A DNA stretch of 64,000 nt from assembly GCA_044344255.1 (NCBI GenBank), contig JBIJDH010000001.1, positions 224,001 to 288,000 of the forward strand. Reading direction: 5' to 3'. Each line of letters opens with the position of its first letter. The first letter of the stretch is position 1. A program made the position numbers and the translations under genes. Origin of the DNA: Myxococcota bacterium. GTDB lineage: Bacteria > Myxococcota_A > UBA796 > UBA2385. Below the pieces are notes generated by a model. That model was not told the DNA's origin, did not search any database, and was given only the letters and a program-made list of their open reading frames with translations. This document shows positions 20,683 through 29,355 of the stretch, one piece after another.

Positions 20683-21419
20683 TGGCCGCCGCCCAGCCCA
20701 GCGCCCCCGTCGCCGGCGCCCTCGACCGCGCGCCCGTCGTGCGCGAGATGTTCGAGCAGCTCGCCCCTCGGTATGACCTCGCGAACCGCCTGCTCAGCCT
20801 CGGCCTCGACCAGGGCTGGCGCAAGAAGGCCATCCGGGCCCTCGAGGACAGCGCCCGGGGCGAGATGATCGACCTCTGCGCCGGCACGCTCGACCTCACG
20901 GTGATGCTGCTCGCCGCCGGCGCTCGCCACGTGCACGCGATGGACTTCTCCGAGAGCATGTTGGCGGTTGGAGCTACCAAGATCCCTGCCGGCGCTCCGG
21001 TCACCATCACCCCCGCCGACGCCCGCTCGCTCCCCCTCCCCGACGCCTCGGTCGATGGCATCATCTGCGGCTTCGGCCTCCGCAATGTCCCGGGCGTGGA
21101 GGGCGCCGTGACCGAGTGCGCCCGCGTGCTCCGCCCCGGCGGTCACCTCGTCGTGCTCGACTTCTTCAAGCCGGTGGGGCTCTTCCCGAAGCTCCTGCAG
21201 GGCAGCTACAACACGCTCGTGCTGCCCGTCGTGGGGGGCCTCGTCACCGGCTACGCCGAGGCCTACCGCTACCTCTCCCGCTCGATCGAGGCTTGGCACA
21301 CCCGAGCGGAATTCGTGGCCCTGCTCGAGGCGCACGGCTTCTCGGCCCAGGGCGAGGAGATGTTCCCCCCGGTCGCCTCCCTCATCACAGGCACGAAGCG
21401 GGCCGAGGGGGCCCGATGA
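20682..21419 (+). CDS. menG: Demethylmenaquinone C-methyltransferase (UbiE/MenG)
   Basis: MFEQLAPRYDLANRLLSLGLD..WR, DLCAGTLD, GFGLRNV, RVLRPGG, AYRYL. Confidence 0.92.
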   Translation: MAAAQPSAPVAGALDRAPVVREMFEQLAPRYDLANRLLSLGLDQGWRKKAIRALEDSARGEMIDLCAGTLDLTVMLLAAGARHVHAMDFSESMLAVGATKIPAGAPVTITPADARSLPLPDASVDGIICGFGLRNVPGVEGAVTECARVLRPGGHLVVLDFFKPVGLFPKLLQGSYNTLVLPVVGGLVTGYAEAYRYLSRSIEAWHTRAEFVALLEAHGFSAQGEEMFPPVASLITGTKRAEGAR

Positions 21420-22006
21420 GGCTCGTGGTCGGCGTCTCCGGGGCCTCGGGCGCGCCCTACGCCGCCCGCCTGCTCGACTTCCTGGCCGGCCCCGGCCGGG
21501 CCGCTGGCATCGAGACCCACGTGGTGTTCACCAAGTTCGGGCGGCTCTGTTGGCAGGACGAGGTCGGCACCGACCCCGCCGCCTACGGCTTCCCCCTCCA
21601 CCTCCCCGGCGACATGACCGCGCCCTTCGCCTCGGGCTCGGCCCGGTTTGACGCCATGGTCATCGTCCCCTGCTCGGCCGGGCAGCTCGGGCGTATCGCC
21701 GCTGGGGTCAGCGCAGACCTCGTCGGCCGCGCCGCCGACGTGATGCTGAAGGAGCGCCGCCGCCTCGTGCTCGTGCTCCGCGAGTCGCCCTACTCGCTCA
21801 TCCACGTGCGCAACATGGCCACGGTCATCGAGGCCGGCGCCGTCGTGATGCCCGCGTCCCCTTCGTTCTACTCCCGGCCCGAGGGCATCAACGCCCTGCT
21901 CGACACCGTCGTCGCCCGGGCCCTCGATCAGCTCGGTGTTGACAACGCCCTCATGCGTCGCTGGGCCGGCCGTGAGAAGGCCGCTCCATCAGGAGAACTC
22001 TCATGA
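21416..22006 (+). CDS. ubiX: Flavin prenyltransferase UbiX
   Basis: VVGVSGASG, ASGS, PCS, RAADVMLKERRRLVL..RESP, PASPSFY. Confidence 0.95.
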   Translation: MRLVVGVSGASGAPYAARLLDFLAGPGRAAGIETHVVFTKFGRLCWQDEVGTDPAAYGFPLHLPGDMTAPFASGSARFDAMVIVPCSAGQLGRIAAGVSADLVGRAADVMLKERRRLVLVLRESPYSLIHVRNMATVIEAGAVVMPASPSFYSRPEGINALLDTVVARALDQLGVDNALMRRWAGREKAAPSGELS

Positions 22007-24654
22007 ATTCCCTCCCCCGCACGACGCTCCGCGACATCCGTGACGCCGGCTTGAGCGAGCTCCAAGAGAAGGTGGAGGCCGCCGAGCGCCTCGACGCCGA
22101 GGACGGGCTCCGCCTGTTTCAGGCCCGAGACGTGGTCGCGGTGGGCGCCCTCGCCAACCTCGTGCGCGAGCGGCTCCACGGCGGGCTCACCTACTTCAAC
22201 CGAAACACCCACATCAACGCCACGAACGTCTGCGAGGCGAGCTGCGTGTTCTGCAGCTTCGCGCGCCTGAAGACGGGCGACAAGGACGCCTGGACGCTCA
22301 GCGTCGAGCAGGCGGTGGGCCGGGTGCGGGCGCTCAAGGGCGAGCTGATCACCGAGGTCCACATCGTCAACGGGCTCAACCCCGACCTGCCCTTCTCCTA
22401 CTACACAGACCTGCTCTCCGCGATCAAGGCGGAGCGGCCCGACCTCCACATCAAGGGCTTCACGGCGGTCGAGGTCTTCTACTACGCCGAGAAGTACGGC
22501 AAGTCCATCGAGGGGGTGCTCCGCGAGCTCATGGCCGCTGGCCTCGGCTCCATCCCCGGCGGCGGGGCCGAGATCTTCCACCCCCGCGCCCGTAAGAAGC
22601 TCTGCGACGACAAGGTGGACGCCGATGGCTGGCTCGAGGTGCACCGGGTCGCCCACCGCCTCGGCCTGCGCTCGAACGCCACCCTGCTCTTCGGCAGCAT
22701 CGAGACCCTCGAGGAGCGGGTCGATCACCTGCTCCGGCTGCGGGCCCTGCAGGACGAGTCGCTGTCGGCGGCCGAGCAGCCCGGCCACGGAGGCGGTCAC
22801 TTCCAGACCTTCATCCCGCTCCGCTTCCACAACGACAACAACAACCTGCGGGCGCTGGCCTCCCCCACCGGCTACGACAGCCTGCGAACCATCGCGGTCA
22901 GCCGGTTACTCCTTGATAATTTTCCGCACGTCAAGGCCTACTGGCCGATGCTCGGCACCGAGGTCGCGCAGGCCTCCCTCTGGTTCGGCGCCTCTGACCT
23001 CGACGGCACCGTGCTCGAGGAGCACATCTACCACATGGCCGGCGCCGACACGCCGCAGGGCCTGACCCGGCGCGACCTCGTGCGTTTCATCGAGCAGGCC
23101 GGCCGGGTGCCCGTCGAGCGCGACACCCTCTACCGGGTGCTGCGCCGCTGCGATCCCCTCGCGCCGCCGGAGCCCCTCCCGCGCCCCCCCGTGGTGGCGC
23201 CTGTGGCCTACACCAACGCCCTGCCGCTCATCCGGCACCTGGACGGCGTGCAGGTGCGCCCCGGCCACCCGAGCGAGGTGGCCCGCTGGCTCCGCGCCGG
23301 GGAGGTCGACCTCGCCCTGCTCCCGGTGGGCGCCCTCCTCGGCGACGAGGGCGTGGACTACGCCGTCGTGCCGGACCTCTGCATCGGCGGCGACGGCCCG
23401 GTGGAGAGCGTGCTGCTCGTCGCCGAGCGCCCGATCGGCCAGTGGCGCCGAATCCTCCTCGACGGCTGCAGCCGCACCTCCGTCCTGCTGGCGCGGCTGC
23501 TGCTCCAGCATGGCCCCCTGCGCGCCGCGCTCCACCCCGAGGTCGAATTCGTCGAGGTGGGCATCGGGGAGGGGTTGAAGGGCGCCGTGGGCGACACCGC
23601 CGGCCTCGTGATCGGCGACCTCGCCCGCGAGCTCCCGGCCCGCCTCACCGCGGTCATCGACCTCGGCGCGGCGTGGAAGGACTGGACCGGCCTGCCCTTC
23701 GTCTTCGCCGTCTGGGCGGGCCGCCCCGACCTCGACCCTCGCCTCGTCGAGCGCGTCCGCGCGGGCGGGCTGCGGGGGCTCCAGGCCCTCGAGTCGGGCG
23801 AGCTCCAGGCTCACCTCGGCGCGGCCGACGCCCGGTACCTCGGAGAGGTGATCCGCTTCCCCCTCGACGACCGCGCCACGATGGGCCTGATGCGCTTCGC
23901 CGCCCTCGCCCACCAGCACGGGCTCACCCGCCGCGAGCACTGGAGCCTCTACCCGCCGCCCGCCGCAGCTCCGGCCCCGGAGGCCCGGCGCCGCGCCGTC
24001 GACTCCGCCCTCCTCCGCGGGGCGACCGGAGAGCGCCTGACCGAGGCGGACGCCCTGCTGCTCGACCAGCACGCCACCCTGCTCGAGCTCGGCGCCGCCG
24101 CCAACCTCCGCCGCCTCCAGCTCCACCCCGACGCGCGGGTGACCTGGCGCCTGATCCCAGAGGGCGCTTCGGCCGAGATCGACGACCGCGTCGCCACGAC
24201 CGCCTGGGTCCACATCGGCGGGGCGCTGGGGCCCGAGGAGCGGGTGGCCGGGCTGCTCCGCCTGCGCGCCCTCCAGGACGAGTCCCGCCCGTTCACCGAT
24301 CTCGGCGTGCTCTGCGAGAAGGGCGATGGGAACCGCACCGCCACCGAGTGGATGCGCGTGACGGCGCTCGCCCGCCTCGTCATCGACAACATCCGCCACC
24401 TCCGCGCCGACGCGGGCGGGCACGGCCCCGGCCTCGCCCAGGCCGCCCTCCACCAGGGCTGTGACGACTGGGGCGACGTCCCCGCGCGCGGCGCCCTCGG
24501 GGCGGCGGAGGTCGAGCGCCACATCCGCGCCGCAGGCTTCAGCCCCGCGCGCCGGGACGCGGCCTTCACCCTGCAGGGCGGCCCGATGACCGAGGCGGAC
24601 CCCGAGGGGCGCCCGCTCCGGCGGCTCGCCCCGAGCCCGAGCCCCTCGAAGTAG
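22003..24654 (+). CDS. mqnE: Fusion: aminofutalosine synthase MqnE + chorismate dehydratase MqnA + degenerate MqnC-like domain
   Basis: N-terminal radical SAM CEASCVFC, PGGGAEIF, HVKAYW, DLDGT; middle AYTNALPL, GPVESVLL, LVIGD, WKDWTGLPFVFAVW; C-terminal MqnC-like segments without CxxxCxxC. Confidence 0.88.
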   Translation: MNSLPRTTLRDIRDAGLSELQEKVEAAERLDAEDGLRLFQARDVVAVGALANLVRERLHGGLTYFNRNTHINATNVCEASCVFCSFARLKTGDKDAWTLSVEQAVGRVRALKGELITEVHIVNGLNPDLPFSYYTDLLSAIKAERPDLHIKGFTAVEVFYYAEKYGKSIEGVLRELMAAGLGSIPGGGAEIFHPRARKKLCDDKVDADGWLEVHRVAHRLGLRSNATLLFGSIETLEERVDHLLRLRALQDESLSAAEQPGHGGGHFQTFIPLRFHNDNNNLRALASPTGYDSLRTIAVSRLLLDNFPHVKAYWPMLGTEVAQASLWFGASDLDGTVLEEHIYHMAGADTPQGLTRRDLVRFIEQAGRVPVERDTLYRVLRRCDPLAPPEPLPRPPVVAPVAYTNALPLIRHLDGVQVRPGHPSEVARWLRAGEVDLALLPVGALLGDEGVDYAVVPDLCIGGDGPVESVLLVAERPIGQWRRILLDGCSRTSVLLARLLLQHGPLRAALHPEVEFVEVGIGEGLKGAVGDTAGLVIGDLARELPARLTAVIDLGAAWKDWTGLPFVFAVWAGRPDLDPRLVERVRAGGLRGLQALESGELQAHLGAADARYLGEVIRFPLDDRATMGLMRFAALAHQHGLTRREHWSLYPPPAAAPAPEARRRAVDSALLRGATGERLTEADALLLDQHATLLELGAAANLRRLQLHPDARVTWRLIPEGASAEIDDRVATTAWVHIGGALGPEERVAGLLRLRALQDESRPFTDLGVLCEKGDGNRTATEWMRVTALARLVIDNIRHLRADAGGHGPGLAQAALHQGCDDWGDVPARGALGAAEVERHIRAAGFSPARRDAAFTLQGGPMTEADPEGRPLRRLAPSPSPSK

Positions 24655-24658
24655 GCCC

Positions 24659-25819
24659 ATGCGAACCGTCACCGCCGCCTGGGCCTGGACCGGCGCCGAG
24701 CTCATCCGCTGGCCGAACATCCGCGTCGCCGAAGATGGCCGCGTGCTGGCCCTCGCGAGCGGAGCGGAGGACGGTGCCACCGGCATCCTCCTCCCCGGGC
24801 TCATCAACGCCCACGCTCACCTGGAGCTCTCGGGCCTCCGCGGGCAGGTGCCGGGGGACGGCGACATGCTGGCCTGGGTGCAGCGCCTGTTCGGCCTCCG
24901 GCAGGGGCCAGACGCAGCGGCGATGCGCGCGGCGATCGCCGAACTGTCGGCCTCCGGCACCGCCGCCGTCCTCGACGTGAGCAACACCGGCGCGCCCTTC
25001 CCCCACCTCGTCGAGGCCGCCGCCGCCCCCACGGGGTGGCTCCGCGCGCGGCTCCAGCTCGAGCTCCTCGCCTTCACCGACGCGGGCTTCGAGGAGGGCC
25101 GACGCCGCCAGCAGGCCTTACCTCAAGATGCCGGTGTAACGAGCGTCCTCACGCCGCACTCGGTCCATGCGCTGAGCGAGGGGGTGCTCCGCCGGTGGGC
25201 CGCGGAGCGTCGGCCGGGCGAGCCCACCCCCACGCTGCACTGCGACGAGTGCCCGGCCGACCGGGAGCTCATCGCGCAGGGCACGGGCCCCTGGGCCGCG
25301 CTGCTCGACCGCTGGGACCGGCCCTGGCGCGGCGCCCTGGCCTCCGGTCGCTCCGAGGTGGACGCGCTGCAGCGCCTCGGCCTCCTCGGCCCCGACCTGG
25401 GCCTCGTCCACCTCCTCGCCGCCGACGCAGCCGACCTCGACCTCATCGCCGCCGCCGGCGCGCCGGTGGTGCTCTGCCCACGCTCGAACCTCCACATCCA
25501 CGGCCGGCTCCCGGACGCCGCGGCGATGGTCCGCCGCGGCATCCCGCTCGCGCTCGGCACGGACTCCCTCGCCTCGAACGCGGATCTCGACCTCCTCGCC
25601 GAGGCCGCCACCCTCCGGGCCGCCGCCTCCGCGATCGATCCCTCGGTCTGGCTCCGCGCCTTGACGCTCGGCGGCGCCGCCCTCTTCGGAGACCCTGAGC
25701 TCGGCGTCCTCCGCCCGGGCGCCCGCCCAGGCCTGCTGCTCGTCCACATCCCCCCGACCGACGATCCCATCGCCACCCTGCTCGACGGGACGCGCTGGCC
25801 GCGGAGCTGGCTCGCATGA
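24659..25819 (+). CDS. Amidohydrolase, probable aminodeoxyfutalosine deaminase
   Basis: PGLINAHAHLELS, PHS, HCDE, CPRSN, LGTDSLASN; position within mqn operon. Confidence 0.8.
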   Translation: MRTVTAAWAWTGAELIRWPNIRVAEDGRVLALASGAEDGATGILLPGLINAHAHLELSGLRGQVPGDGDMLAWVQRLFGLRQGPDAAAMRAAIAELSASGTAAVLDVSNTGAPFPHLVEAAAAPTGWLRARLQLELLAFTDAGFEEGRRRQQALPQDAGVTSVLTPHSVHALSEGVLRRWAAERRPGEPTPTLHCDECPADRELIAQGTGPWAALLDRWDRPWRGALASGRSEVDALQRLGLLGPDLGLVHLLAADAADLDLIAAAGAPVVLCPRSNLHIHGRLPDAAAMVRRGIPLALGTDSLASNADLDLLAEAATLRAAASAIDPSVWLRALTLGGAALFGDPELGVLRPGARPGLLLVHIPPTDDPIATLLDGTRWPRSWLA

Positions 25820-26691
25820 ACCCCACGCCCCCCTCCCTCACCGCGGGGCTCCGCGCCTTCGCCCTCGACATCAAGCTGTCGCACTCGGTCTTCGCGATGC
25901 CCTTCGCGCTCGCCAGCGCCTGGCTCGTCGCCCGGGACCAGCCCGTCGCCTGGACGCAGTGGGCCTGGATCGTCGCCGCGATGGTGGGGGCCCGGTCGAG
26001 CGCGATGGGCTTCAACCGCATCGTCGACCGCAAAATCGACGCCCTCAACCCCCGCACGAAGAACCGGGAGATCGTGGCCGGTCGCCTCGGCGTCCCCCTC
26101 GCTTGGGCGCTCACCCTCGGGAGCGCGGGCCTGCTCGTGCTCGCGAGCGCGATGCTGCACCCGCTCTGCCTGTACCTCTCGCCGATCGCGCTGCTCGTGG
26201 TCTGGGGCTACTCGCTCACCAAGCGCTTCACGGCCCTCTGCCACCTCGTCCTCGGCCTCGGCCTCGGCCTCGCCCCAGTCGCAGCCTGGATCGCGCTCAC
26301 CGGCTCGATCGCCGCCCCGCCGCTCCTGCTCGCGGGGGCCGTGCTCACCTGGGTCTCCGGCTTCGACATCCTCTACTCGCTCCAGGACCGCGACTTCGAC
26401 GGCGGCCACGGCCTCCACTCCATCCCGGTCGCGCTCGGCGAGCGGGGGGCCCTCTGGGCGAGCGGGCTGCTCCACGTCGCCACCGTGGCCCTGCTGGCCG
26501 CCCTGCCCTTCACCATCCCCCTCGGCTGGGCCTATTGGGGGGGCTGGGCCGTGATCACCGGCGTGCTCGCCTGGGAGCACAGCCTCGTCAAGCCGGGCGA
26601 CATCTCGAAGATCGATCAGGCCTTCTTCGCCGCGAACGGATGGATCTCCCTCCTCTTCTTCGCGAGCGTGGTGCTGGCGACCTGGGTGTGA
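25816..26691 (+). CDS. UbiA-family polyprenyltransferase of the futalosine pathway (MqnP-like)
   Basis: IKLSHSVFAMPFA, ARSSAMGFNRIVDRKIDALNPRT, YSLTKRFT, GFDILYSLQD. Confidence 0.92.
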   Translation: MNPTPPSLTAGLRAFALDIKLSHSVFAMPFALASAWLVARDQPVAWTQWAWIVAAMVGARSSAMGFNRIVDRKIDALNPRTKNREIVAGRLGVPLAWALTLGSAGLLVLASAMLHPLCLYLSPIALLVVWGYSLTKRFTALCHLVLGLGLGLAPVAAWIALTGSIAAPPLLLAGAVLTWVSGFDILYSLQDRDFDGGHGLHSIPVALGERGALWASGLLHVATVALLAALPFTIPLGWAYWGGWAVITGVLAWEHSLVKPGDISKIDQAFFAANGWISLLFFASVVLATWV

Positions 26692-26712
26692 CCGGGGGGA
26701 CGCGCAGGGGCG

Positions 26713-28530
26713 CTACAGCCGACACACCGCAGGGAGCCGCAGGCCGCAGTCCTGGTCGTCCCAATACCAGCCACCGGGCGCGGCGCCCGCACAATTCTCC
26801 GCGACCCCGCCGTTCGGCGCGCCGCCTCCCCAGGCCGCCCAGCCGCCCACGGGCGCGCCGCTGGGCGTGAGCCACGCCCCCTCGGCGGCCGTGTCGGTCG
26901 CCCCCACCCACCACCAAGCGCCGCCGGTCCACGCGTAGTCCTGCCAGTAATTGTGCAGCCAGAACACGTACCAGTCATAGGTCCCCATCGGGAACCCAAG
27001 CTCGGCGCCATAAGCCGCGCAGCGAGCCACGGACTCCTCGAAGGTGCCCGGAGATGGACAGAACAACATCCGCGAGTCTTCGAAGCTGTACTCGTCACAG
27101 TCCGCGCAGGCCTCTCCGTCATCGACGCGACCGTTACAATCATCATCGCGCTCGTTACACAGATCTGCGGCGCCCGGATGAATGGCGGGGTCCCGATCGT
27201 CGCAGTCCCCGCAGGCCTCGAAGCCATCCCCGTCCTCATCGCCCCCGTCGGAGTGACAGGTCACCCAGGCGTGCAGATAGGCCTGACGGTTGCGGGCATA
27301 GGACACGAGGCGGTCGGCGGCGTCGGACTGGGCGCCCACGGTGTGCGTGGAGAGGCGGTCCCGCGAGAAGGGCTCGGCGATCTGCGCCTCCCACGTCGAG
27401 ACCTGCTCGGCGATCCAGTCGGGGTCGTAGGCCTCTACCGCCGCGGCCATCGCGGCGACGAAGCGCGGACCGTAGACGGGATCGGCCACGACGGCGTCGA
27501 AGTGGGGCTGATAGCCCGAGTCCCGATAGAACGTGTAGGGGTCGGCGAAGTAGGGCGCGTCGTCAAAGCTGAAGTCCATGTCCCAGGGCTGGAACACGAT
27601 GCCGCGGCTGGGGTGCTCGTACAGGTAATAGTTATGGTTACAGCACCAGTAGCCGTCGTTCTGCGGCAGCGTCGCCTCCCCCGCCCACTCCCGGATGTTG
27701 GCCTCGAGGTCGGTGTTCGCCTCCTGCCAGGCCACGCCGCTGTTCGCCCAGAAGGCGCTGATCGCGGTCCCGTCGGAGGCCTCCTCGTTCACCGTGGCCA
27801 CGCTCCCGTACTTCCAGAGGGTGCCCGTCGCCCCCTCGTCGCCATAGATCCGGTCCAGGTATTCTTGATCGGGGAACTCGATGTTGGCGTAGAGGCCATA
27901 GAACGCGCCGTTGACCGACAGGGTCGCGTTGTTCGCGCAGGGCGCCTCGATGCCCATCCGCCGTAACAGCGCGTAGGAGAGGCGGTCGCGGAGGATGGAG
28001 GGGTCATACCAGGAGGAGTCGAGGGCGATCTTCCGCAGCCCCATGAAGCGGCCGTCGGGATCTGACTCATTCATGGAGATCACGAACTGCATCTTCTCGC
28101 CGATCCACGAGAAGCCAGGGTTCCCCTTCAGGCGCACCGCCGCGTCCGAGCGCTCGATGAGCGTCCCCCCGTCGTCGACGTACCGAAAGACCGCCGGGTG
28201 GTACTGCTTGACGCCCGAGGCATAGTCGGCCTCGAGGGCGGCCCAGTCGGTGTCGGTGATCTCCAGCTCGAAGGCGGGGAGGCGCCCCTGGGCGAACAGG
28301 GTGGGGCAGCCATCATCGACGGCCTCGGGCAGCGCCTCCAGCGGCGCGTCCACCGCCCCGTCGGCCCCGGAGCCATCGCCCCCATCGTTCCCGGAGCCAT
28401 CGCTCCCGTCCGCGCTGCCGCTCCCCTCCCCTGCCCCCACCGGCTCCTTCGTGCCGGGCGCCGGCGAGGCGGCGTCACAGGAAAGAACGAGCAGCAACAA
28501 GAGCGGGAGCGGCCGGCGGGACGTGCGCAT
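26713..28530 (-). CDS. CotH-family kinase lipoprotein with MopE-like motif and C-type lectin-like C-terminal domain
   Basis: Lipobox VLSC; RLKGN, GLYANIE, HNYYLY, QPWDMD; DCDDRDPAIHPGA..CN..DDDCNG; WWVGATD..EG.W..ENC..WDD..C. Confidence 0.85.
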   Translation of the reverse strand: MRTSRRPLPLLLLLVLSCDAASPAPGTKEPVGAGEGSGSADGSDGSGNDGGDGSGADGAVDAPLEALPEAVDDGCPTLFAQGRLPAFELEITDTDWAALEADYASGVKQYHPAVFRYVDDGGTLIERSDAAVRLKGNPGFSWIGEKMQFVISMNESDPDGRFMGLRKIALDSSWYDPSILRDRLSYALLRRMGIEAPCANNATLSVNGAFYGLYANIEFPDQEYLDRIYGDEGATGTLWKYGSVATVNEEASDGTAISAFWANSGVAWQEANTDLEANIREWAGEATLPQNDGYWCCNHNYYLYEHPSRGIVFQPWDMDFSFDDAPYFADPYTFYRDSGYQPHFDAVVADPVYGPRFVAAMAAAVEAYDPDWIAEQVSTWEAQIAEPFSRDRLSTHTVGAQSDAADRLVSYARNRQAYLHAWVTCHSDGGDEDGDGFEACGDCDDRDPAIHPGAADLCNERDDDCNGRVDDGEACADCDEYSFEDSRMLFCPSPGTFEESVARCAAYGAELGFPMGTYDWYVFWLHNYWQDYAWTGGAWWWVGATDTAAEGAWLTPSGAPVGGWAAWGGGAPNGGVAENCAGAAPGGWYWDDQDCGLRLPAVCRL

Positions 28531-28635
28531 GGTTGAGCATACTCCCGGAACCACACCGCCAAGGGCCAAGGCTCCCTGTGCCGGTGGGCCGGATACGTTG
28601 CCCCCCTGCCCCCACACAGCGCCACCGGAGCGACG

Positions 28636-29355
28636 ATGAAGCCGCCTGTCTGGTCCTTCGGCCTCCTGCTCCTCCTCTTCCTCCCTGCCTGCACGGGCGC
28701 GCCGCAGCCCGCCGCGCCCCCGCCCACGACGCCCGCCGAGGCCGCGCACCCCGCTGAAGCGGTCGCCCCCGCGGCGGTCGAGGGCCCGCCCTGGGTCGAA
28801 GCCGCGGTGCGAGAGGCCCTCGAGTGGGAGGTGATGCCCGGCACCACCGCGGTGGAAGACCCGACCCGACCCCCCGCGCTGCGCGCCTTCTTCCTCGGCC
28901 ACCCCGAGTACGAGGCCGCCGACCGCCGCGCCGCCCTGGCCGACCTCGCCTGCGCCTTCGGCACCGAAGAGGCGCACAAACGCCTGTCCGCGCCGGCCGC
29001 GCCCACGCCCTACGTCGTCGAGCTCACCGACCCGGGTGGGCGCCTCGTGCTGGCCCACGCCTCTGGCTGGTGCACCAGCGACGACTGGTCCTGGTTCACC
29101 AACGAGGTCGGAGAGGCGCTCAAGGGCCGCGGCATCCCCTACGCCTACGCCGGGGCCGAATACAACGAGCTCGTGCTGCGCCGCGGCGAGGCCGAGGTCG
29201 CCCGCTTCCCGCTCATCGGCCAGGGCTACCTCGCGACCGAGCTCGGGCGCGTGCCCACCGAGATCGGCCACTCGATGGTGGAGGACGTACTGCCGGCCCT
29301 GTGGGCCTACTACGGGTCAGGGTCTGGCGTGCCTGCTCCCGACGGCCCACGCTGA
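28636..29355 (+). CDS. Hypothetical lipoprotein
   Basis: GGAG RBS, lipobox LPAC, host-like codon usage. Confidence 0.7.
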   Translation: MKPPVWSFGLLLLLFLPACTGAPQPAAPPPTTPAEAAHPAEAVAPAAVEGPPWVEAAVREALEWEVMPGTTAVEDPTRPPALRAFFLGHPEYEAADRRAALADLACAFGTEEAHKRLSAPAAPTPYVVELTDPGGRLVLAHASGWCTSDDWSWFTNEVGEALKGRGIPYAYAGAEYNELVLRRGEAEVARFPLIGQGYLATELGRVPTEIGHSMVEDVLPALWAYYGSGSGVPAPDGPR

